From the NCBI GenBank assembly GCA_038870975.1, contig JAVZJD010000002.1, forward strand, positions 320,001 to 384,000: a DNA stretch of 64,000 nucleotides. Reading direction: 5' to 3'. How positions within the stretch are numbered: the stretch's first letter is position 1; each line of letters begins with the position of its first letter. The notes below the pieces were generated by a model. It was not told the origin of the DNA, did no database searches, and was given only the letters and a program-made list of their open reading frames with translations. This stretch comes from Candidatus Bathyarchaeia archaeon. Its GTDB lineage: Archaea > Thermoproteota > CALKCG01 > B24. This document shows positions 50,068 through 59,606 of this stretch, one piece after another. The position numbers and the translations under genes were made by a program.

Positions 50068-51351
50068 ATGAGCCTAACACTTAAAAACGGTTTAATAGTT
50101 ACGCCAAGAGGTGTTTTGAAGGGAGACTTAGTTGTTAAAAATGGATATATTAGTAAGATAGGCGGCTCTACTGAGACTGTAGGAGACGTTTTAAATTGCA
50201 ATGGTTGCTATATAGTCCCGGGTTTTAGAGAGCAACACATGCATGACGTCAACGGTTTAACTAAATTTTTGACGGATCCGGGTAGAATAGGATGGGTTTC
50301 TAGGTCATTAGTAGCTCAAGGAGTCACAGCGTTTCACCTAGCTACCATAGCTATGCCGATTGAAGACCTTCTGGAGTACTTAGAGACTTGTAGGCTCTAC
50401 ATGGAGTCCGGTGAGAATGGTGTTGAAGGAGCTAGGTTTGAAGGTGCTTACGTAGAGGGTACCTTCATAAATGTAGAATGTGCAGGTGCTCAACCCAAGG
50501 AATACATAGTTTCCCCGGGTTCTACCGAAGCTAGGGCTATAGTTGATAGTCTTTTGAAGACTGGAGTTGTCAAATTCATGAATATAGTTCCTGATTTCGG
50601 AGTAGACCTTATCAAGTATACGGCTTCTAAAGGTATTATAGTTGGGTGTGGACATACGAAAGCTCCAGCAAAAAAGTTGGAGGAGGCCTTCAATTCTGGT
50701 TTGAAATTCATAGTCCATATAACTAATGGCGCGATGGGGCAATCTTTCAAACCTTTCAACGGTGGTGGAGCATATGAGGCAGCATTAACTCTGCCTGTAT
50801 ATGTGGAGATTATCGTAGACGGCTATCACGTAGATTTTCGCTATGTCTCAGACATTATTGAGAGGAGGATTTCTAAAAATAGATTAAATGAAATTATAGC
50901 TATAACGGATTCTGCTTTTCCGATTAGAGAAGAAGTACCTACAGGAGAATTCAAATTGTTTTCGACGATATGCTGTAAACATCCTATTGAAGATGTTCTA
51001 GTAGTAAAGGGCTATTTTGATAGAGGAGAAGTAAAACCAGCACCTCCAAATACACTTTGTTCAAGTCTACTAACTATGAATAAGGCTTTCAGAAACCTCT
51101 TAAATATGTTTACAGTTAAACATTCAGGCTTCATGATAGACGCCGATTCCAGAAGCCTAGACGAATCCGTGAGACTTACGTCAATGTTTACATCATCCAA
51201 TCAAGCTGAATTAGAGGGGTCGAAAGATAGAGGAATTATTGAAAAGGGAAAAGTTGCTGATTTAACCGTTATAAGGATTGAGGGTGAACCTGGATATTTT
51301 GATGTCGAAATTGAAGCTACAATTGTCGGTGGGAGAATTTTCGAAATATAG
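50068..51351 (+). CDS. Divergent NagA-like amidohydrolase (N-acetyl amino-sugar deacetylase family)
   Basis: PGFREQHMH, YVEGTFIN, GAQ, GHT, HITN, IVDGYHV, ITDS, SLLTM, GKVADL. Confidence 0.75.
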   Translation: MSLTLKNGLIVTPRGVLKGDLVVKNGYISKIGGSTETVGDVLNCNGCYIVPGFREQHMHDVNGLTKFLTDPGRIGWVSRSLVAQGVTAFHLATIAMPIEDLLEYLETCRLYMESGENGVEGARFEGAYVEGTFINVECAGAQPKEYIVSPGSTEARAIVDSLLKTGVVKFMNIVPDFGVDLIKYTASKGIIVGCGHTKAPAKKLEEAFNSGLKFIVHITNGAMGQSFKPFNGGGAYEAALTLPVYVEIIVDGYHVDFRYVSDIIERRISKNRLNEIIAITDSAFPIREEVPTGEFKLFSTICCKHPIEDVLVVKGYFDRGEVKPAPPNTLCSSLLTMNKAFRNLLNMFTVKHSGFMIDADSRSLDESVRLTSMFTSSNQAELEGSKDRGIIEKGKVADLTVIRIEGEPGYFDVEIEATIVGGRIFEI

Positions 51352-51408
51352 TTAAAAAAAGAGTTTTATTTTAAGTAGTTTAAATAGATAATCACTTGGC
51401 TGAAAATA

Positions 51409-52170
51409 TTGTCTGCCATTCGTATCAGTCGAATCGTAAGACCAACTGATTTAAGATGCATTTTAGTTGACTGTAGCTACGACATTACTCTTCAGAATTT
51501 AACGTCTCGAGTAAGCATGGATATTATCAAGAAACTAGACGGTTTAATAGTAGCAGATGCAGATGCAGTGGTCAAAAACCTACATATATTTCTGGGTAAA
51601 ACCTCGCCAACTTACATTTTAAGAGTTGAACCTGAAGTTTTAAGGTCTTCAGATCCAAAGGCTAATGTTGAAGAGACTGTTATAAAGGCATTGCAAATGA
51701 ATTTTTCAGCGATTATTTCCACGTTTACAATAGGCTTTGAAGATGAAAGTATAGACTCCAACAACATGAAGCTCATAACGATGCTTTCTGATGTTTGCTA
51801 CGACTATGGATTACCCCTCATAGTCGAATCGATGCCTTTCGGCGAAAGAGTGAGTAGCGAAAACTATGGAGAGAGCGTGGGATTGGCCGCAAGAATGGCT
51901 GAGGAGGTGGGAGCATCCATAGTAGTAGTGCCACCTCTGAAGACGCTTGAAGATTTAAAAAAGGTTAGAGAATCTATTAAAGCTCATATGCTTCTCATAG
52001 ACCCTTCATCTAAGCTCGTAGTTGAAAGAAGTCTTCGAAGTCTTCCAGAGATTTTATCCGATGCCTTTAACATTGGATTAAACGGCATAGTTCTAAGTAG
52101 CTCTCTCGCCCTTAATGAGCCAGCCAAAATTCTATTGGACATACTGTCGACTGTTCACAGTGGAGGTTGA
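51409..52170 (+). CDS. Degenerate DhnA/LsrF-type class I aldolase paralog
   Basis: YGLPLIVESMP and AARMAEEVGASIVVVP, with Val at the Schiff-base Lys position. Confidence 0.7.
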   Translation: MSAIRISRIVRPTDLRCILVDCSYDITLQNLTSRVSMDIIKKLDGLIVADADAVVKNLHIFLGKTSPTYILRVEPEVLRSSDPKANVEETVIKALQMNFSAIISTFTIGFEDESIDSNNMKLITMLSDVCYDYGLPLIVESMPFGERVSSENYGESVGLAARMAEEVGASIVVVPPLKTLEDLKKVRESIKAHMLLIDPSSKLVVERSLRSLPEILSDAFNIGLNGIVLSSSLALNEPAKILLDILSTVHSGG

Positions 52171-52176
52171 TTTGAA

Positions 52177-53403
52177 TTGGGCTTTGGAAAAATAATCAGG
52201 TTAAATCAGATAATAGATCCATCAGATGGTAGGAGCTTGGTCGTAGCGGCAGACCACGGTTTAATGCTTGGACCTATAAAAGGCGTTATTGATTTAGAGG
52301 CGACTCTTCGAAAAGTCATAGCTGGTGGACCAGACGCCATCCTTTTAAGTCCAGGTCAGGCTAGAAGGTTACACCACCTTTTCACTGGTAAGGGTGCGCC
52401 AGCTATGCTTGTTAGAATAGATTGGACTAATGCGTTTAGAGATAAAACGTATACACTACCGGCTAGAAGCATACAATTCAATAGGGTTACCACTGTTAAA
52501 GATGCTGTTAAAATCGGGGCTTCAGGTGTTGTGACATATCTTTTTCTCGGTTTTGATAGAGAGAAAGATCATATGGCGATGGTTGAAGAATTTTCGGCTG
52601 AATGTGAGTATTGGGATATGCCTTTAATTGTAGAGCCACTACCCATGGGTCCTAGAGTCACTAAGGCAAATTATGTTGATATGGTTAAGATGGCTGTTGA
52701 AAAAGCCGTAGAGCTTGGAGCCGATGCGTTAAAGGTTCCGTATACAGGTGACCCATATTCATTCAGGGACATAGTCAAGGTTTCTTCGGGTGTACCAGTC
52801 TTAGTTTTAGGAGGCTATAAGGCGTTGAGTATAAGAGATTCATTAGAGGTTATATCTGAGGTTTTAGAATCAGGCGCCGCTGGAGTAGTTTTCGGTAGGA
52901 ATATTGTTCAAGACCAGAATCCAGATGAGGCCGTTAGACTTATGAAGAGGATAATACATGGAAAGGAGACGGTTACAGACATTCTGAGAGAGAGGATTAA
53001 GCCTCCAGTTAGAATAATAGTCGATGCTGAAAAATGCAGCGGTTGTCGTGTATGTGAAATTGCATGCAGTTTTACTCATGAGAAGGTTTTTGATCCATCG
53101 ATGGCGAGGTTGCGAATTGAAAACTCCAGTACTGGAGTATTATTCACTCCATATGTTTGTACACTATGCTATTCTTGTGTAAACGTCTGTCCGCAGAAGG
53201 CTCTTAAAGTAAACAGCAAAACTGGGGCTGTAGAAGTTTCACCCGAGCTATGTCAAGGTTGCGGAATCTGCGTTGAAACATGTCCGGCTGGAGTTTTAAA
53301 ACTTGTAAATGGAAGGCTCTTCTTATGCGATCTGTGTAACGGTTTACCAGAGTGTGTGAAATGGTGTTCTAGGAATGCTTTAAGGGTAGAAGGAGGCTGG
53401 TAA
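52177..53403 (+). CDS. Class I (DhnA-type) aldolase fused to a 4x[4Fe-4S] ferredoxin domain
   Basis: AADHG, PLIVEP, ELGADALKVPYTG, VLGG, FGRNI; C-terminal CSGCRVCEIAC, CTLCYSCVNVC, CQGCGICVETC, CDLCNGLPECVKWC. Confidence 0.88.
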   Translation: MGFGKIIRLNQIIDPSDGRSLVVAADHGLMLGPIKGVIDLEATLRKVIAGGPDAILLSPGQARRLHHLFTGKGAPAMLVRIDWTNAFRDKTYTLPARSIQFNRVTTVKDAVKIGASGVVTYLFLGFDREKDHMAMVEEFSAECEYWDMPLIVEPLPMGPRVTKANYVDMVKMAVEKAVELGADALKVPYTGDPYSFRDIVKVSSGVPVLVLGGYKALSIRDSLEVISEVLESGAAGVVFGRNIVQDQNPDEAVRLMKRIIHGKETVTDILRERIKPPVRIIVDAEKCSGCRVCEIACSFTHEKVFDPSMARLRIENSSTGVLFTPYVCTLCYSCVNVCPQKALKVNSKTGAVEVSPELCQGCGICVETCPAGVLKLVNGRLFLCDLCNGLPECVKWCSRNALRVEGGW

Positions 53404-53404
53404 T

Positions 53405-55231
53405 TTGAGCCTTTCAGGCAAGGGTTATGCAGGAGGCGTAGTTAAGATAGACCTTTCATCTGAGAGAGTGGAGAAAGCAGAATTATCCCAAAGAGACGCA
53501 TTAATGGTTCTGGGAGGGAAGGGTTTAGGTGCTCTCCTACTGTACAATTCTACACCTAAGTATGTAGACCCTTTAAGCCCTGAAAACCCATTAATATTGG
53601 CAACTGGCCCTTTAACTGGGACACTAGCACCTTCAAGCTGTCGTTTCAGCGTTGTAACTAAAAGCCCTCATACGGGTCTCTTCTTAGACTCCAACTGCGG
53701 AGGTTTCTTCGGCGTTGAGCTTAAAAAGGCTGGTTTTGATGTGGTTATAATCACTGGGAAGGCAAGTCAACTATCAATGGTCATTATAGATGATGGAAGG
53801 GTTCGCATAGAGGAAGCTACCGAACTCCGAGGTGCTAAAACCATGGATGCTGAGAAAAAGGTGAAGAAGAGGCTTAATGAGGAGTTTAGAGTTTTAACTA
53901 TAGGCCCAGCTGGTGAAGAATTAGCCCCTATAGCTGGAATTTTCACAGACCTACGTTGTGCCGGTAGAGGTGGAGCTGGAGCCGTCATGGGCTCTAAAAA
54001 CCTTAAAGCTATCGCAGTCAGAGGAAGTAGGCCAATATCCGTCTACGACCCTGAGGGTTTTGAAAAAGCGTGTTGGAGGGCCCATAGAAGGCTTAGAATG
54101 CATGAAGTCACAGCAAGAAGTCTACCGACCTACGGTACAGTCAACATAATTGAGACGATAAATGAGACGGGGGCGTTGCCGACTAGAAACTTTGAAACAG
54201 GTGTATTCTCAGATACTTGGAAAATATCCGGTTACGAGTGGCGTAAACAACTTTGGAAGAGGGATAAAGCCTGTTTCGGATGCCCTATAGCGTGCAGTAA
54301 ACTGGCATATATATCTGATTACGTAGTAGATGGCCCAGACTATGAAACATTATGGGCATTAGGACCATTATGTGGAGTTTCAGACAGAGAAGCTGTAGTT
54401 TACGCTAATTGGCTGTGTGATGCCTATGGTGTAGATACGATAAGCACAGGTGTTATTGTAAGCTTTGTCATGGAGCTGTATGAGAAGAAGTGCATCGGGA
54501 GTGAAGATATAGATGGAATACATGCCGAGTGGGGTAGTAGCGAAGCTCTATTGAAGCTCGTTGAGAAGATTTGTAAAGGTGATGGAGTTGGAAGGGAACT
54601 CAGACTCGGTGTTAGGAAGCTTAGCATTAAATATGGTTGTGAAGATATAGCTATGCACGTTAAAGGTTTGGAAATGCCAGGTTATGAGCCTAGAGCCGCT
54701 AAAGGCATGGGTCTAGGATACGCCACCTCAGATAGAGGCGCGTGCCATTTAAGGGCGTATACAGCCGATAAAGAGCTCTTAGCCTATGGGGGGGCCGTAG
54801 ACCCAGTTAAAATTGATGGAAAAGCGAGGCTCGTAGTAGACTATCAGAATGAAAAGGCTCTCATAGATTCCACAGGTATATGTTTCTTCGCATCTTTTGC
54901 CTTAACATTTAGGGAAATAGGGGATATGTTAACTACGGCTACGGGTTTACCGCTCGAAGACGCTACCACGTTGAAAACTATTGGAGAAAGAGTGTACAAC
55001 CTTACACGTCTTTTCAATGTGAGGGAGGGTATTAAACGGAAAGACGATTCTTTGCCACGTAGGTTTTTAGAAGAGCCTATGCCAGAGGGGCCTGCTAAAG
55101 GCTCTGTAGTAGAATTAAGTAAAATGTTGGATGAATACTACACCTTGCGAGGGTGGGATGAAAATGGCGTGCCAAAAGTTGAAACATTGAGACGGTTAAA
55201 CTTAGATTTAATACTTAACATAGGGAATTAG
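53405..55231 (+). CDS. Tungsten aldehyde:ferredoxin oxidoreductase
   Basis: KSPHTG, GRGGAGAVMGSKNLKA, CFGCPIAC, GPDYET, DTISTG, EMPGYEPR, RGACH, YYTLRGWD. Confidence 0.92.
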   Translation: MSLSGKGYAGGVVKIDLSSERVEKAELSQRDALMVLGGKGLGALLLYNSTPKYVDPLSPENPLILATGPLTGTLAPSSCRFSVVTKSPHTGLFLDSNCGGFFGVELKKAGFDVVIITGKASQLSMVIIDDGRVRIEEATELRGAKTMDAEKKVKKRLNEEFRVLTIGPAGEELAPIAGIFTDLRCAGRGGAGAVMGSKNLKAIAVRGSRPISVYDPEGFEKACWRAHRRLRMHEVTARSLPTYGTVNIIETINETGALPTRNFETGVFSDTWKISGYEWRKQLWKRDKACFGCPIACSKLAYISDYVVDGPDYETLWALGPLCGVSDREAVVYANWLCDAYGVDTISTGVIVSFVMELYEKKCIGSEDIDGIHAEWGSSEALLKLVEKICKGDGVGRELRLGVRKLSIKYGCEDIAMHVKGLEMPGYEPRAAKGMGLGYATSDRGACHLRAYTADKELLAYGGAVDPVKIDGKARLVVDYQNEKALIDSTGICFFASFALTFREIGDMLTTATGLPLEDATTLKTIGERVYNLTRLFNVREGIKRKDDSLPRRFLEEPMPEGPAKGSVVELSKMLDEYYTLRGWDENGVPKVETLRRLNLDLILNIGN

Positions 55232-55332
55232 GTAGTCTATTTAGTCTCTGTAAATCTGGTGGAGCGCAGAAGAAGATGAAGTCGGGCTGAATTGCCTTTA
55301 AAATTTAAAGTCAGCTTGAGGAATACTGTTCC

Positions 55333-56847
55333 TTGAAAGATTTGACAAGCTATATAGTTAGCGTAGACATAGGTACGACTAATGTTAAAGCGGTAGCCTT
55401 TGATTTAGAAGGGAGGCAGAAGTCTAAAAGAAGTGTTCGATGTAGAGTGTATTCACCTTTTGAAGGATGGGCTGAACAGAGGGCCGATGAGATTTTAAAC
55501 TCCGTGATCGAGGCTGTGAAGTCATGCGTTAAAGATATCGATGGTATAGTGGAGGCTTTAGCATTTAGCTCCCAATTGTACAGTGTCGCATTCATAGACA
55601 AGGATGGAAATATTTTAAGTCCCATACTGAATTGGATGGATTCCAGAAGCAAAATAGAGGCTTTCGAGCTCTCAGAAGCAATAGGGGGGTATGAAATCTA
55701 CCGTAGGACTGGTTGCCATATCAGCCCCATTATGCCAGCCTCTAAAATCTTATGGTTTAGAAAAAATAACCCTGAAATGTTCAGTAGAGTTTACAAGGTT
55801 CTTTCGATAAAAGACTATGTTCTATACAGGCTTTTAAACGTATATGTTATGGATAAAATACTGGCTTCAGCTACTGCGCTATTCAACATACATAGGGGTA
55901 GATGGGACTCAGAAATAGTTGAAACAATAGGTTTAGACATGGATAAGCTTCCAGAGGTCGTTGAGCCAGAATCCATAGTGGGTCAATTGAAGGGGTTCTA
56001 TGCGGAGAAGATCGGACTTCCCAACGGAACTCCAGTAGTCTGTGGGGGTGGAGACGGTATGCTTCAGAATTTAGGATTGGGGGTTCTGAAAAGTGGTATA
56101 GCGGCTTTAAACATAGGGACAAGTGGTGCAGTTAGAGTATCTTCTAACCGTATAACTCTTGACAAATCGAGAAAAGCAAGGTTTTTCTGCCACAGTTTGG
56201 CTGAGGGATATTGGTGCATAGGTGGTGCTATTAACTCAGCTGGATTATCCTTTGAATGGTTTGCTGAAAACTTCCTCGGTGGAGATTTCAATCGTATTGA
56301 AGTTGAAGCTTCTAAAGCCAAGCCCGGTTCTAATGGTTTAATATTTCTACCGTATCTTTTAGACGAGAGAGCACCGCTTTGGTGCACTGCAGCTAAAGCC
56401 GTTCTATACGGTTTAAGTTTAAAACATAGTCTTTCAGATGTCACTAGAGCCGTCTTAGAAGGTGTTGTATTCGCATTAAACCATATCAGGATTGTTCTTG
56501 AGAAGTATGTCCCTCCAGTAAGGGAAATTAGAGCTGGTGGTGGAGGAGCTAAAATAGACCTTCTAAATCAAATTCAAGCAGACGTTTTTCAAACTCCTGT
56601 CTTCTTAACATCTACTGAAGAAAGCTCTTCTCTAGGTGCAGCTATTCTAGCGGCTAAGACTCTAGGCTATTACGGGAGTTTAAACGATGCATGCAACTCT
56701 ACTGTTAAAATAACTAAAGTATTCAAGCCAATTCCTGAGAACAGTATAGAATACTACAAGCTATTTGAAAAATACTGTAAGATTTCAAACCATTTATACA
56801 AATACTTCTTCAAGCCCTCTGAGAATCTCTACAGTTCTCAGGTTTAA
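55333..56847 (+). CDS. FGGY-family carbohydrate kinase (gluconokinase/xylulokinase-like)
   Basis: DIGTTNVK, WMDSRS, GGGDG, IGTSG, FLPYLLDERAP, GGGA. Confidence 0.9.
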   Translation: MKDLTSYIVSVDIGTTNVKAVAFDLEGRQKSKRSVRCRVYSPFEGWAEQRADEILNSVIEAVKSCVKDIDGIVEALAFSSQLYSVAFIDKDGNILSPILNWMDSRSKIEAFELSEAIGGYEIYRRTGCHISPIMPASKILWFRKNNPEMFSRVYKVLSIKDYVLYRLLNVYVMDKILASATALFNIHRGRWDSEIVETIGLDMDKLPEVVEPESIVGQLKGFYAEKIGLPNGTPVVCGGGDGMLQNLGLGVLKSGIAALNIGTSGAVRVSSNRITLDKSRKARFFCHSLAEGYWCIGGAINSAGLSFEWFAENFLGGDFNRIEVEASKAKPGSNGLIFLPYLLDERAPLWCTAAKAVLYGLSLKHSLSDVTRAVLEGVVFALNHIRIVLEKYVPPVREIRAGGGGAKIDLLNQIQADVFQTPVFLTSTEESSSLGAAILAAKTLGYYGSLNDACNSTVKITKVFKPIPENSIEYYKLFEKYCKISNHLYKYFFKPSENLYSSQV

Positions 56848-57458
56848 ACCGACATCTCTGGAGGAGGTGTTTTCAACGCTTCCCCTATGGATAAAACTTT
56901 CGATTTCCTAAACCCCACATGTCTCAAAGGAGTGATACGCTTAGCCTCGTTATATATATCGGAGGCTATTTTACCTAAGATCATTTCCTGGACAAACTGG
57001 TCGAAGTTTAAATTCTTAGCCTTTTCTTCAATTATCTTGAACATAAGCATTCTTATGGCCTTCTTCTGAGAGGAGTTTATTCTATGTGCCGTACAAGCTA
57101 TCGGGTAGACTCTTATAAGCGCACCATCTTTAGTTTTGACGTCTATTATAGCGTCTATTTTAGAGCTACCCCTACGTACAAGGCTTCTCAAGAAGTCTCT
57201 AGCGTACTCATGTCCACTGAAGAACGTATCGGCTCTAAGTTCTTTAGTTTCATTTATTCTAAAACGCATTATAATCGTCTGGTGGGCCGGGTCTTGAGTT
57301 AAATCGAAAAGTGTAGCCTCCACTGTTCTACCTACAGGATTCTGGCCCTCCGTAACCGGTATGGATGGTAATTCAACTTCGCCGAAGTATTTAGGCGAAT
57401 AGACTCTATACCAGATTTTAGCTTTCCACTTATCTCTAGCTCGCCGCGTCTTAGACAT
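56844..57458 (-). CDS. rps3ae: 30S ribosomal protein S3Ae (eS1)
   Basis: RDKWKAKIWY, GRTVE, LRSLVRRGSSKID, PLRHVGFRKSK. Confidence 0.95.
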   Translation of the reverse strand: MSKTRRARDKWKAKIWYRVYSPKYFGEVELPSIPVTEGQNPVGRTVEATLFDLTQDPAHQTIIMRFRINETKELRADTFFSGHEYARDFLRSLVRRGSSKIDAIIDVKTKDGALIRVYPIACTAHRINSSQKKAIRMLMFKIIEEKAKNLNFDQFVQEMILGKIASDIYNEAKRITPLRHVGFRKSKVLSIGEALKTPPPEMSV

Positions 57459-57511
57459 AGTGTTCAGCTTTCCAAAGAAAGAAAACTCTTTTAATTAAAT
57501 ATTTCCCTCAA

Positions 57512-57570
57512 GATGACTTTATATCCATTAATAAAAGTCCATCGGATGACCATAGGAGGAGGCAGTCCAT
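57512..57570. repeat. Tandem GATGAC-N18/N13-AGTCCAT units, each hairpin-capable
   Basis: GATGAC at 57512 and 57545; AGTCCAT at 57536 and 57564. Confidence 0.35.
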
Positions 57571-57629
57571 AAGTAACATGGGAATACGCGGTGAAATTCC
57601 ACGTTTAAGTTGAACACGTTTCAAAGAAT

Positions 57630-57884
57630 TTACTTCACCTCAACATATTTGAGGCATTTTTCAGCCGTGGAGAAACACGTCAATAAGTCATCCAGAGTAT
57701 TTAGAAGAGTTTCCACTCTAACGTTAGATTCTATCTTTACAGTTATCGTTGAATCCGACAATTCGGCTTTTATAGTGAGCCCCGATGGGGGGTTTTTATT
57801 GTCTGGTTCCAAGGCTTTGAAAAGAGCCAAGGCTTTAACCCTATCTCCTAAATGTATCTTTAGTTCAACTACATCCGGTTCCAT
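57630..57884 (-). CDS. pcc1: KEOPS complex subunit Pcc1
   Basis: LFKALEPDN...LLNTLDDLL; conserved position between the DHH gene and rps3ae. Confidence 0.8.
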   Translation of the reverse strand: MEPDVVELKIHLGDRVKALALFKALEPDNKNPPSGLTIKAELSDSTITVKIESNVRVETLLNTLDDLLTCFSTAEKCLKYVEVK

Positions 57885-57972
57885 ACCCTATTTACAGTAT
57901 AACTGCCTTACTCATAAAAGTCTTAAGTAGGATACTTAAATGTTTGAGCTTAATCCATATAGGGTTTCAAAT

Positions 57973-59427
57973 TTATGGTACAGCCTGTTGTTTCCTTAAA
58001 AGACTGGAGATTATTCTTAAGAAGTCGTTTCTCTTTTCAAATGGTATTAATGCTCCAGCTGCTACGTCATGCCCACCTCCAGACCCGCCAACGGATAGAG
58101 CCGCTTCCGCTACTATGTGTGCTATGTTGACGCCAGTATTTACAAGGGATCTAGGAGCCCTTGCGGACACTTTAACCATGCCTTCTGGCGTATCTGTGAA
58201 GGCTATTAAAGGCTTCACATAATTGGATGACAGTATGCTTGCTACTGTACTCAGGAGAGAGTCTGGAATTAAACCCGAACCGTTTACTATGATAAGTTCA
58301 TCGGTGTTTATAAGCCTAGATGGGTTTTGAACCACGCTCTCTATGAGCGTGGCTAAGCTTTTCCTATAGGTATTGAGCACGGCATACGCTTCTTCAAGGG
58401 TGTTTTTACTCCTATCGCCCATAGCGATTGCTATTCCAAGTCCATATTTGCCGAGCCTACCACATGCATTTAACAGGGCGGAGTATTCTCTACAATCACG
58501 TAATGGCGTAAATCTCTGCTCATTGGTAAGTATGTAGGATTCTCCGACTAGTTGCACAATCTCTTCTTGAGTTACACCTTTAGAAGCCATGTATGCAGTT
58601 AAATTGTCCAACAGTTTCATTTCTTCGTCTTCAGCTAAATCTGCAGGTGTCCTCCAGAAGTGGCCAGTTTTAACAGGTATATCTATGCTCGCTAAGAAGG
58701 CTAAGGCTTTATCCTCCTCTCCAGATATACCCGGTATGAAAGGTGTTAAGGTTAACGCTAAAGATTCGTGTAGACGCTTGGTTTCACTACCAGCTAATGT
58801 AAGACCTTTTTCGACCTTCAACAGTCCCGATTCGACGGCATCTTTGACGATGATTTCATTAAACCCCACGAGCCTTCTCTCCTCATTTCTATTCTGCATA
58901 TCTCCAACTGCTCCTACGACGGCTAAAGGTGAAAGGTCGATGTTTGAAGGGTTAAGCGATTTAGCCGTTATATAGGCTACTCCTGAACTACTAATGTCTA
59001 TAGCCCCATTTAATTTGAAGAGGTGGGGGTTAACGTGAACACCTTTAAATCCTTCAACGGATTCTGACACAGGCTGATGGTGGTCGAGGACGATTATTCT
59101 TTCACATCCGTCAAGCTTTGAAATAGCATCTAGATTGCTAGACCCCATGTCGGTTAACACCGCTACACGAGCCTCTCCAAGACACTCTTTTAAGGCGGAT
59201 TCTTCAAACTGTTTAATTGCCCTGATTTGAAAGGGCACATTCAACCTCGTTAAAGCCTTCCCTATTATCGCTCCAGAGGCTAATCCGTCACAGTCTATAT
59301 GACATAGAATGACGAAAGAGAAGCCCTCTGAAGCCTTCTCCACTATAAATTTAGCGGCTTCTTCAGAGGCTTTGATAAGCCTTTGGAAACTCCACTCTCT
59401 AGTGGCATTAGGTGAACCCCGGCTCAA
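57973..59427 (-). CDS. DHH/DHHA1 phosphoesterase (archaeal RecJ/GAN-like)
   Basis: HIDCDG, TDMGS, LDHH, GAVGDMQ, LNACGR, SAR, GGGHDVAAGA. Confidence 0.9.
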   Translation of the reverse strand: MSRGSPNATREWSFQRLIKASEEAAKFIVEKASEGFSFVILCHIDCDGLASGAIIGKALTRLNVPFQIRAIKQFEESALKECLGEARVAVLTDMGSSNLDAISKLDGCERIIVLDHHQPVSESVEGFKGVHVNPHLFKLNGAIDISSSGVAYITAKSLNPSNIDLSPLAVVGAVGDMQNRNEERRLVGFNEIIVKDAVESGLLKVEKGLTLAGSETKRLHESLALTLTPFIPGISGEEDKALAFLASIDIPVKTGHFWRTPADLAEDEEMKLLDNLTAYMASKGVTQEEIVQLVGESYILTNEQRFTPLRDCREYSALLNACGRLGKYGLGIAIAMGDRSKNTLEEAYAVLNTYRKSLATLIESVVQNPSRLINTDELIIVNGSGLIPDSLLSTVASILSSNYVKPLIAFTDTPEGMVKVSARAPRSLVNTGVNIAHIVAEAALSVGGSGGGHDVAAGALIPFEKRNDFLRIISSLLRKQQAVP

Positions 59428-59606
59428 AAATCCCCCTCGCTATAGTTACTAGGAGTCGTCTTACATATGCTTTATTAATTCATACAGTAAAATACCATTT
59501 TCCAAAGAACCGCTCAACTCAAACCATTTTTAAACGTCTGACGTAAGCAAGTTTCAGCTTCTAGTCTCCAAATTTCTTCTCGCTGTTTGAATTCGCATTT
59601 GCCCTT

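Noticed and set aside
55232-55332. C/D-box sRNA (GATGAAG...CTGA)
   Set aside because: Imperfect C box, spacing too short for a guide, and no second box pair.
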